32,000 nt of DNA from the NCBI RefSeq assembly GCF_018336915.1, contig NZ_CP064923.1, positions 1,560,001 through 1,592,000 of the forward strand, read 5' to 3'. Shown piece by piece: positions 19,559 through 27,850 of this stretch; within the stretch, counting starts at the first letter, position 1, and each line of letters starts with the position of its first letter. Under the pieces are notes generated by a model, which was not told where the DNA came from, made no database searches, and saw nothing but the letters and a program-made list of their open reading frames with translations. Origin of the DNA: Acaryochloris marina S15 (lineage in GTDB: Bacteria > Cyanobacteriota > Cyanobacteriia > Thermosynechococcales > Thermosynechococcaceae). The position numbers were made by a program, and so were the translations under genes.

Positions 19559-21850
19559 ATGGCACTGACCCGACGCGCTTTACTGCGAAAAACTAGCTTA
19601 GTGCTAGCTGGCCTAGGTTTGAGTGATTTATCTCTATGGAAGTTTGCAGATCAATATCAACAAGTACTCGCTCAACCCACCTCCCGGAAGCTCGCCCTGC
19701 TAGTGGGCATTAACCAATATCGGGAGTTGGGCAAGCAGGCCAAGCTGAAGGGCTGTTTGACAGATTTGGAATTGCAGCGAGAGCTACTGGTCCATCGGTT
19801 TGGCTTCCATCCCGACGATATTGTCATCCTTAAAAATAAGCAGGCCACCTATAAAAATATCGAGGCAGCGTTTACGACCCATTTGATTGAGCAGTCCCGG
19901 CCTCAAGATTGTGTCATCTTTCACTTCAGTGGGTATGGATGTTTATTAAGTCCCTATATCAACACGGCTTCAGAGGCCAAAACGCCGCTCCCCTCCAAAG
20001 TGTTGCTTCCTTTTGACAGTGATATTCAACATTCCGACCAGAGCCCAGCCATTGAAAATGCCCTGTTGCAGGAGCAGTTAGCCCTGTGGTTTCGGTCCCT
20101 TAATACGCAACAAAGTCTCTGTGTGTTAGATGCTGGGTTCACCTATCCAGGGAAGGCGTTGTTGGGGAACTTACGGGTGCGATCGCAACCCAGTATTCAA
20201 CAAAAAACAGACTTACCGGGAGATCGTGAACAGCAAGAGAAGCTGCTTAATCAATCCCAACGGCGTCCATCTTCTTCTGAGCTGATTCTTTTAGCCTCTC
20301 AGCGCCCTCAAACGGCGGTTGAAGCCCAATGGCATGATTTTTCTTCCGGGTTATTCACCTATGCTTTAACGCAACATCTATGGCAATCCTCCCCCTCCCA
20401 GAAATTCTCGGCTAGTTTTAACCGGGTTGTGTCTGATGTCGAACATCAGGTCGGTCGAGTCCAGCAACCTAGCTTAAGCGGGCAGACGGGCTCTAGTGTT
20501 TTAACCGGATTATCTCTTGGCACCAATGCTGATGGTGTGGTCACGGATGTCGAAGACAACGGTGAAGAAGTCACTCTTTGGTTAGGGGGTGTTTTACCCC
20601 AAGTGGTGGAGTATTACGAAGCCACTACTTGCTTTAAAGTCACATCGAAAGAAGGCAGCTTATCTAATATTTCAGCTGCTACCGCCCCATCTCCTGGGAG
20701 CGCATCCGAGCAGGTCACCCTAGAGCCTTTAATTCAATTAGAGTCTAGCCGAGGCTGTGTGGGGACCGGACGCTGTGATCAAGAAGGTCAAATTAACTCC
20801 GGTCAGAAAATTCGAGAAGCGTTTCGAGTCATTTCCCGATCTATTAACTTAAATGTTGCCCTAGGCTCACAATTGAATCGAATTGAGCGGGTAGATGCCA
20901 CTAGTGCGTTTTCAGACATGCCCAATATCAACCCCGTTATTGCTGGGACCCAAAACGCGGACTTCCTGTTTACCCAAGCATCTTCTTCTTCTCAAGTGAT
21001 CGTTAATTCCGTTCCAGACCTATCAGAAGAAGACGAAGACCCTCCTGCTCCACCGCCTCAAACCCAATATGGACTCTTCTCCCAAGGAGGCGAAGAGTTA
21101 GCAGATACCCGAGGAGAATCGGGTGAAGCAATTAAAACGGCAGTCAATCAACTGCATGACACTCTGAAATTATTGTTGGCCCGCAAAACCCTCGATCTGA
21201 CCGTTAACGATTTTTCTTCGAGAGTGGGGGCAATGGTGGCGTTGGAAGCCACTGATGATGAAAAACCTCAAGTCCTAGCCCAACAATGTACGACCCGAGC
21301 GCCTTGGACTCGGAAAGATAGCTCATCCCTATCTTCCTTTGAGAAGCAAGGGCAAGTCGTCCAGATTGCCAAAGGACAACATATCCAATATCGAGTGCGT
21401 AACTACAGCGATACCCCGCTCTATTGGCTAGTCTTGGGCGTTGATACTCGCACCCAGTTCTTCTCCATTTATTCGCCAGAGGCTCTGTTAGACAGGTCTA
21501 CTAGTCAAGACTTCATTGCCCCTAAAGAGTCGCTAGCCGTGCCATTCCCAAACAATGAGTATGTCGTTCGAGGACCGGAAGGGATAGCAACCACCTACAT
21601 TATTGTGAGCCGAACTCCGTTTGAGAAAGGATTAGATGCAATAGCCAGCAAAATCCGCCAATCTTCAAGTAATACATCCCCTGTGGTAGCTCGTTTGGTC
21701 AATCCATTAGAAGTGACCCAACAAGTGTTACAAGATTTGCATGATGGCAGCACGCCAATGGCCGAGCAAATGGGGATTGAATCTGATAACAACTGGGTTT
21801 GGGATGTCGATCAGTGGGCGACGTTTCAGTTTACCCATGAGGTGATCTAG
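19559..21850 (+). CDS. Caspase-fold (peptidase C14, orthocaspase-like) protein lacking the His-Cys dyad, with Tat-type signal
   Basis: 763-aa ORF. The N-terminus MALTRRALLRK plus a hydrophobic stretch is twin-arginine-like. The p20-like region is KLALLVGINQY...CVIFHFSGYGCLL, with Tyr where the catalytic His is expected. It continues ...LCVLDAGFTYPG, with Gly where the catalytic Cys is expected. A long C-terminal extension contains a beta-rich block (IQYRVRNYSDTPLYWLVLGVD...). Confidence 0.85.
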   Translation: MALTRRALLRKTSLVLAGLGLSDLSLWKFADQYQQVLAQPTSRKLALLVGINQYRELGKQAKLKGCLTDLELQRELLVHRFGFHPDDIVILKNKQATYKNIEAAFTTHLIEQSRPQDCVIFHFSGYGCLLSPYINTASEAKTPLPSKVLLPFDSDIQHSDQSPAIENALLQEQLALWFRSLNTQQSLCVLDAGFTYPGKALLGNLRVRSQPSIQQKTDLPGDREQQEKLLNQSQRRPSSSELILLASQRPQTAVEAQWHDFSSGLFTYALTQHLWQSSPSQKFSASFNRVVSDVEHQVGRVQQPSLSGQTGSSVLTGLSLGTNADGVVTDVEDNGEEVTLWLGGVLPQVVEYYEATTCFKVTSKEGSLSNISAATAPSPGSASEQVTLEPLIQLESSRGCVGTGRCDQEGQINSGQKIREAFRVISRSINLNVALGSQLNRIERVDATSAFSDMPNINPVIAGTQNADFLFTQASSSSQVIVNSVPDLSEEDEDPPAPPPQTQYGLFSQGGEELADTRGESGEAIKTAVNQLHDTLKLLLARKTLDLTVNDFSSRVGAMVALEATDDEKPQVLAQQCTTRAPWTRKDSSSLSSFEKQGQVVQIAKGQHIQYRVRNYSDTPLYWLVLGVDTRTQFFSIYSPEALLDRSTSQDFIAPKESLAVPFPNNEYVVRGPEGIATTYIIVSRTPFEKGLDAIASKIRQSSSNTSPVVARLVNPLEVTQQVLQDLHDGSTPMAEQMGIESDNNWVWDVDQWATFQFTHEVI

Positions 21851-22085
21851 AGAACCAGGCTTACCGCATTGTGAGAATGAGAATGACCTATTCCCCAGGG
21901 TTATATCATTCTAAAAATATCCATCAGTATGTCTAGCGATTGCTCACAGCACCGTTTTGGCCTTATAGCTCCTACTAAAAGCCCAGCTTTACCCCTGTTG
22001 GGATTAAGTTTTGGTTGAGAGCTTGTGCGATCACATACCAGGTATCGTGGATGCGATCGCAATGATTAAAGACTCACAACTTCAA

Positions 22086-22316
22086 TTATTCTGAACAGTC
22101 TTTCCCATCACGTTGGGAGATAGTTTGAGCAGAGAGGGAGATTGCTTGATTCTCTGACACTTTCTGAGAACCCTCAGAAGAAGAGTGGGCTGTTTGGGCT
22201 TTAGGAGAAAATTGAGAAATAATGAATGGCGAAGAAAAAATACCAAGATAGACAATCGCAATTTTAGTCACGAACCGCCCATCCATGGGCTTCCGTTTTC
22301 GTTTGTTATGTTTCAT
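22086..22316 (-). CDS. Hypothetical small membrane protein (76 aa)
   Basis: ATG ORF with a strongly basic N-terminus (KHNKRKRKP), one hydrophobic helix (IAIVYLGIFSSPFIISQF) and a Ser/Gln-rich tail. There is no SD and no recognised family. Confidence 0.3.
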   Translation of the reverse strand: MKHNKRKRKPMDGRFVTKIAIVYLGIFSSPFIISQFSPKAQTAHSSSEGSQKVSENQAISLSAQTISQRDGKDCSE

Positions 22317-22573
22317 GGGAGTGACTCAGAATGGGAAAATTGCCTGAAATGCTAGAAGTTAGAGCCAGTCAAAACTACTGGCTGACAGTGAGGGAAAATA
22401 TTGCTGAATGCAGTGCTTCGGGTACACTTTATTCCACTTATGAATAAGCTGTAAATTATTTTGTCTTAGTAATTTAATCTGTATCTTGTGTTAGGTGCTT
22501 TTTGTACTTGCTATAAGTAACTTAGACGCACTGTAAATATTTAAAGAGACAATCACTCATTTGAATCTTAGAG

Positions 22574-22603
22574 CAAGCCAAAATACTTCCAGATTTTGGC
22601 TTG
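22574..22603. other. 11-bp stem hairpin in A+T-rich spacer
   Basis: CAAGCCAAAAT (22574-22584) pairs with ATTTTGGCTTG (22593-22603) around an 8-nt loop. The 3' arm overlaps a consensus TTGACA hexamer (22601-22606). Confidence 0.5.
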
Positions 22604-22801
22604 ACAAATTTTAAGTGCCAATGAGAATATTTCGCCCTTCTTTTGGTGAAGAGATAATGACTGATTATGTTGATACTACTCTTGATAAGAGGATAGAACA
22701 ACGAGGCTTGATGAACTTTCTGACGTTAAATGAATTTGTCGATCTCTGGTGTGTTTAGGTTATGGCTAAGACTTTGCGTGATCTTATTCTGCGTTTGCCT
22801 A

Positions 22802-22831
22802 GTTTTGTAGATGCGATCGCATCTACAAAAC
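22802..22831. repeat. 30-bp perfect palindrome centred on a HIP1 site
   Basis: GTTTTGTAGATGCGATCGCATCTACAAAAC is its own reverse complement. I verified this base by base. The HIP1 core lies at 22813-22820. Confidence 0.9.
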
Positions 22832-23061
22832 GCGAAATATGACTCTCCTCTAGTCTAGCGCTGTCCAAAGAAGCTTGTATCTAAAGGGCAACTTTGTGAC
22901 GTCATGATCGGTCACAGCTCCATTGCCAATGACTCTCAGGCTAATGAGAGGTAATCTCAGCTCAAACTCTGATTAGACATTAATCGTTACGAGACAGTGG
23001 AGCAATCTCTGCATGCTTTGTTCCCTATCTCGTTAAGCTTTTCCAGATCGCTCCTATCGGT

Positions 23062-23460
23062 TTATGATTCTACTTCTTCAGGTTCGCCACTCAGAAGCCA
23101 TTTATCTCCTTGCTTGGTGAGAGGGAAGTTTGCTTCTGCAGTTGCACCCTCAAATGAAATATTGATCTTAACTAGAGCCTGATTTCCTTCAACTTTAGGT
23201 TCGCCAACAATTTTGATGGTTTTCATAACTGTGGCAAATTCTTCTTGGTCATCTGCATTAGGATTACATAACGCTTTAGGTGCTTCCTTTGCACATAGAG
23301 GCTTAAGTTCATCAAACTTGCCATCTGCCCCAGCTTCGATAAATTCTTCAACTACTGTTTGGGGTGAAGAATGGACTCCCCCACAGGCTGTTATTAATAT
23401 GACCAAACCGGTCATCAGAATTCGTGACGTAAATTTATTCACACTAGAGTGCAGGTTCAT
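23062..23460 (-). CDS. Small lipoprotein (predicted)
   Basis: Signal peptide with lipobox: MNLHSSVNKFTSRILMTGLVILITAC-GG. I chose the ATG at 23460 because GAGGA lies 8 nt upstream. The track ORF starts 5 codons earlier at TTG 23475. The mature part is about 110 aa and acidic. No family firmly recognised. Confidence 0.7.
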   Translation of the reverse strand: MNLHSSVNKFTSRILMTGLVILITACGGVHSSPQTVVEEFIEAGADGKFDELKPLCAKEAPKALCNPNADDQEEFATVMKTIKIVGEPKVEGNQALVKINISFEGATAEANFPLTKQGDKWLLSGEPEEVES

Positions 23461-23522
23461 CACCTTAGTCCTCAATTTTTTTATTGATTAACGCATTCCT
23501 TGAACCTGCACTCTAGTGTGAA
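23438..23522. repeat. 22-bp perfect inverted repeat with 41-bp spacer spanning the lipoprotein translation start
   Basis: Arm 1 is 23438-23459 (TTCACACTAGAGTGCAGGTTCA) and arm 2 is 23501-23522 (TGAACCTGCACTCTAGTGTGAA). They are exact reverse complements. The spacer 23460-23500 contains the SD and the A of the ATG. Confidence 0.95.
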
Positions 23523-23921
23523 CTTTCAGGCTCTAGAGCTTTACTAAAGCCATAGATCAGTCCACGTTGGGGAATAAAAAGATAGTAAGGGGATGAGGAT
23601 CTACTATCATGCGAATCTTAATATTGTTTGCATAAATAATTTCGTTTGCAGCTTCAAAAAAGATGGAGAAACTCAGCTGTTAGTTAAGGGAATAAATCCT
23701 GCGAGTAACGGTAGTTGATTTCCTTAAAAGTCATCTCTAGAGGACACGTTCATAAATGTTAGTGGGGGAAAAAAGGTATTTCGCCAAATATTCGGATACG
23801 ATGAAGTGCTTGAATTAGCAGAATTATCTATGTTTTGCCTTTAAGACTATGGCAGAGTCAATCAGCCTAAGCCGATTTAGAGCCTCCGTCTTATTTACTC
23901 CAATCGTTATTGCATCAACTT

Positions 23922-25358
23922 ATGCCAGTGGATAATCTTCAAAATGCTAGTGAACAGAAACTACCAGAAAGCCATTGGCAACAAGGCAGCTTATTAGATC
24001 TAGAGATTACAGATCTCAGTCCGACTGGAGATGGAGTGGGTCGATGGGGAGAGCAGAATCAGGTCGTTTTTGTCCCAAACACCGTTCCTGGCGATCATAT
24101 TAGTGTGCGGCTGCTTCGGGTCAAACCTAGATATGCCTATGGTCAGCTTCAAAGTATTAAGCAAGCCTCGCCGCACCGAGTGAGACCCCAGTGCATTGTT
24201 GCTGATAAATGTGGTGGGTGTCAGTGGCAACAGGTGGACTATGCCTACCAACTGACCGCCAAGCAAAATCATGTGATTCAAGCCCTAGAGCGAATCGGTA
24301 AATTCCGGACTCCAGCCGTCGATCCAGTACTGGCTGCCCCATCCCCGATTGAGTATCGCAACAAAGTCACCTATCCCATCGTGTTGAGTCCCAACACTAA
24401 CCGAGTGCAGGCAGGATATTACCGCAAAGGGAGTCACAAGCTCATTAACCTCAATCAATGCCCGGTCCAAGATCCTCATTTCAATCAGTTTTTAGCTGAA
24501 ATTAAAGAGGATATTCAAACACAAGACTGGCCCATCTATAACGAGCAAAACCATCGGGGACGGATTCGCCACCTCTCGATCCGCATGGGGCGGCGGACGG
24601 GAGAAATTTTAATGACGCTGATTATTAATGCAAAACCGAACCAAGCTTTATCTGATTTAGCCGATCTAGATGCTCAAGTACAGGAGTGGCTTGAACGTTA
24701 TCCCCAATTGGTGGGGATTTGTCTTAACTTCAATTCCCATCGGACCAATCGCATCTTTGGGAATGACACCACTTGCATCGCCGGACGCAACTATTTGCAA
24801 GAAACCTTTGCGGGGCTAACTTTTCAGCTACGTCCGGATACTTTTTTTCAGGTGCATACCGAACAAGCGGAAGTCCTGCTCAACACCCTCTTCGACCACC
24901 TTCAACTCACGGGCAGTGAACAGGTTGTTGATCTTTACTGCGGCATTGGTACCCTTACACTTCCCCTAGCTCAGCGGGTTAAAGAGATTGTTGGTATTGA
25001 ATTGCAGACTGCAGCCATAGACCAGGCCCAGACCAATGCTACCCTCAATCAAATTAGCAATGCAACGTTTTCTGCCGGAGCGGCCAAAGACTGTTTGGGC
25101 GAGCTACCTTTTGCCCCGGATCTGGTTTTGTTAGATCCGCCTCGCAAAGGCTGTCACCAGAGTGTGATTGATCAACTCCTGTCCCTCAAGCCTGAGCGAG
25201 TTGTTTATGTCAGTTGTCATTCTGCGACTCTAGCTCGTGATTTGAAGTTGCTTTGTCAGTCAGGCCAATACGAACTCAATCGAGTCCAACCCGTAGACTT
25301 CTTCCCTCAAACCTCTCATGTAGAATGTGTCGCCTTCCTCAATCGGCGCGCTTCATGA
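23922..25358 (+). CDS. rlmD: 23S rRNA (uracil-C5)-methyltransferase, RumA/RlmD type
   Basis: The N-terminus has a TRAM-like domain (LEITDLSPTGDGVGRW...VFVPNTVPGD). The Fe-S cysteines are CIVADKCGGCQWQ...CP. The SAM-MTase motifs are DLYCGIGTLTLPLA, LDPPRKG and YVSC. I took the start at ATG 23922, though TTG 23910 is also possible. Confidence 0.85.
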   Translation: MPVDNLQNASEQKLPESHWQQGSLLDLEITDLSPTGDGVGRWGEQNQVVFVPNTVPGDHISVRLLRVKPRYAYGQLQSIKQASPHRVRPQCIVADKCGGCQWQQVDYAYQLTAKQNHVIQALERIGKFRTPAVDPVLAAPSPIEYRNKVTYPIVLSPNTNRVQAGYYRKGSHKLINLNQCPVQDPHFNQFLAEIKEDIQTQDWPIYNEQNHRGRIRHLSIRMGRRTGEILMTLIINAKPNQALSDLADLDAQVQEWLERYPQLVGICLNFNSHRTNRIFGNDTTCIAGRNYLQETFAGLTFQLRPDTFFQVHTEQAEVLLNTLFDHLQLTGSEQVVDLYCGIGTLTLPLAQRVKEIVGIELQTAAIDQAQTNATLNQISNATFSAGAAKDCLGELPFAPDLVLLDPPRKGCHQSVIDQLLSLKPERVVYVSCHSATLARDLKLLCQSGQYELNRVQPVDFFPQTSHVECVAFLNRRAS

Positions 25359-26526
25359 GCGAGTCCATTGTCGACATTGATTGTTTGACCTTTCTACTGA
25401 TCAGCATTTTTATTCTCGGGATTGGTATCCTGCTCACCCGCACTATCCCTCTCCTCAGAACACTAAATATTCCTGCTGCTGTTTCGGGCGGTCTAATCGG
25501 CTGTGGTCTAGTGGCCTATGTCAATCTGTTCACCCCTTGGCATTTACGATTTGATCTGAGCCTGCGAGACAATCTGCTTTTGATCTTCTTCAGCACGATC
25601 GGCCTAGCTGCTCGCTTTAAACAGCTTAAAGAAGGAGGGAAAACCCTTTTTGCTGTGATTGGGGTTATGGTTGCTTTTCTATTCCTGCAAAATGCAGTGG
25701 GGATCTTGGTGGCATGTGTAGTCGGTTGCCCTCCCATCTTTGGACTCCTCGGTGGGACGATTTCCTTTGTGGGCGGCCATGGTACAGCGATCACCTGGGG
25801 AACACTTCTTGAAGCTCAAGGATGGACTGGTGCATTGGAATTTAGCCTAGCAGCTGCGACCTTGGGATTGATTGTGGGAGGAGTTTTAGCAGGACCCATT
25901 AGTCAGCATTTGATTCACCGATTTGATCTGGAGTCCCTATCCCCGCCCTCTGATTCTATGGTGGAAAGTTCAGTGACGATGCCGACGAGTTTGGAAGGCA
26001 TGTTTGGGATTGTTTTATTGATTGCGACTTCCCTGAGTTTGGGATTGGGATTGCACTTGCTCACCAGTGATTGGGGAATTGTTTTGCCACGATTTCTACC
26101 CATCATGCTGGTGGCTATTCTCTTGATCAATCTTCTAGACTGGGGAAATATTACGGTCAATGATTCAGCTTTGTCATTTTGGAATGACGTCAGCCTGCAG
26201 CTCTTTCTGGTCATGAGCCTGATGAATTTGCAGATCCTTTCTTGGATGCAAACAGCAGGTCCCTTACTGATTATTTTGGGTGTCCAAACTCTTTGTGCTG
26301 GGTGTTTTGGGTTGCGGGGCGTGACTACGATGCCAGCGTGATCTGTGCTGGCTTTACGGGGATGGTTCTGGGGGCCATGCCCGTGGGGATGGCGAATATG
26401 ACCACTATTACCCAGCGATATGGACCTTCTCCCAAGGCTTTGCTAGTGATTCCTTTATTGGGAGCTTGTTGTATGGATATTGCCAATGCGGTCGTTATCC
26501 AATTCTTTTTAATGCTAGCGCCTTAA
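25355..26526 (+). pseudogene. gltS: Sodium/glutamate symporter GltS, interrupted by a -1 frame change near 26300-26325
   Basis: Frame A (25355-26341) matches the GltS N-terminal and central regions (SLRDNLLLIFFSTIGLAARF, GGHGTAITWG). Frame B (to 26526) carries the conserved C-terminus (GRDYDASVICAGFTGMVLGAMPVGMANMTTITQRYGPSPKALLVIPLLGACCMDIANAVVIQFFL). The ATG overlaps the rlmD stop (ATGA). Confidence 0.8.
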
Positions 26527-26656
26527 AATACAGCATTGTAAAAGAAATGTATCGAAAAATTACACAATATATATTTTGTCCAGGGGTCTCGTAACATAAC
26601 ATAATAATGGGGATCATTTACCTCGCGACAGCCCACTCTTCAAAATTGACTCAATA

Positions 26657-27682
26657 ATGATTACCAAAGACCTAGAGCGGCCTCAGCAGACCCTTGAAAC
26701 GTTGCAGCGACCTGCTGCTGACCCGCAAGCTCTAGAGGCTCTTTACGAGAAATCTGCATCGCAGACTTCATCTATTTTGCCCTTTGCTGCTTTGCTCGCC
26801 GCAGTCTGTATTTTGTCTTTCTCGGCAATATTTACTCGCTTGAGCGAAGAAGAGCTAACAGCCAGCGCTACAATTTTTAACCGATTTTGGATTGCATCTC
26901 TGGCTTTAGGAATGTGGAGTGGCTTCCAACAATTTCGCCAACCTCCTGCAGAAGCTGATCAGACATCTCAACCGCTTCAAATTCGTGATTTGCTCTGGTT
27001 TGTGTGTTTGGGGATCTTGATCTACGGTCGGGCAGGTTCTTGGGCTTGGTCTCTCACCCAAACCAGTGTGGCAAATTCCAATCTCCTCCATAACATGACC
27101 CCCTTGTTTGCAACATTAGGGGGGTGGCTGTTTTTAGGACATCGCTTCAATCGTCAATTCCTGATGGGTCTGGGGTTGGCAATCACTGGGGTGTTAATCA
27201 TTGGAGTCGGCGATTTTCAGGTTGGCACTAGTGGGCTAGTGGGGGATGGGGCTGCTTTATTATCAGCCGTTTTTTATGCCGCCAATTTTCTGGTGATTGA
27301 AAAACTGCGGACGCGATTTACCACCACCACCATCATGTTGTCTTCTTGTATCGTGACTGGACTATTGACGATTCCGATTGTGTTGATGGGGGGGAATCAA
27401 CTATTTCCCACATCTACAACGGTTTGGTTAGCCGTCATTGCTTTAGGGGTAATTAGCCAAGGATTAGGACAAGGTCTGCTGGCTTACTGCCTCAAGCAAT
27501 TTACGTCGGGATTTGTCTCTATTTTTATGCTTATGGAGCCTCTAATCACCGCCATTCTGGCCTGGAAAGTGTTTGGAGAGCAGCTCAATTTATTGAATTG
27601 GATTGCCTTTTTTATCATTTTGACTGGGTTGTATTTTGCAACGATTAGTAAGGGAGCCGCGAAATCCAGCGCTATTCATTGA
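26657..27682 (+). CDS. EamA/DMT-superfamily transporter
   Basis: 341-aa ORF with about 10 hydrophobic helices in two EamA-like halves. An N-terminal soluble extension of about 45 aa precedes them. Confidence 0.82.
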   Translation: MITKDLERPQQTLETLQRPAADPQALEALYEKSASQTSSILPFAALLAAVCILSFSAIFTRLSEEELTASATIFNRFWIASLALGMWSGFQQFRQPPAEADQTSQPLQIRDLLWFVCLGILIYGRAGSWAWSLTQTSVANSNLLHNMTPLFATLGGWLFLGHRFNRQFLMGLGLAITGVLIIGVGDFQVGTSGLVGDGAALLSAVFYAANFLVIEKLRTRFTTTTIMLSSCIVTGLLTIPIVLMGGNQLFPTSTTVWLAVIALGVISQGLGQGLLAYCLKQFTSGFVSIFMLMEPLITAILAWKVFGEQLNLLNWIAFFIILTGLYFATISKGAAKSSAIH

Positions 27683-27850
27683 TTTTATTCTTAAATCGAT
27701 AAAAATTAGGTTATGCTTCGGTTAAAGGCCTCTCAGGCTAATGGTTTGCGGAAGATTCAGTGCTAGAATCGGCTTGTCGCTATTTTGGCACTACTCTGTA
27801 TGCTATCTACTGACTTTAATGCTCGCTCTTTTGAGCAACTGCCGACCACA

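Noticed and set aside
19559-21850. Caspase-domain protein as an active protease or abortive-infection effector of a defence system
   Set aside because: Both catalytic residues appear to be substituted. The flanking genes (sat and a tiny membrane ORF) are not defence-associated. No sensor or partner genes are present.
22895-22916. TGTGAC-N10-GTCACA inverted repeat (contains TGACGTCA) as a CRP/NtcA-family binding site
   Set aside because: The spacing does not fit either TGTGA-N6-TCACA (CRP-type) or GTA-N8-TAC (NtcA). No gene start lies at an appropriate distance.
22997-23182. 61-aa plus-strand ORF
   Set aside because: It is largely antisense to the lipoprotein CDS and shows no motif.
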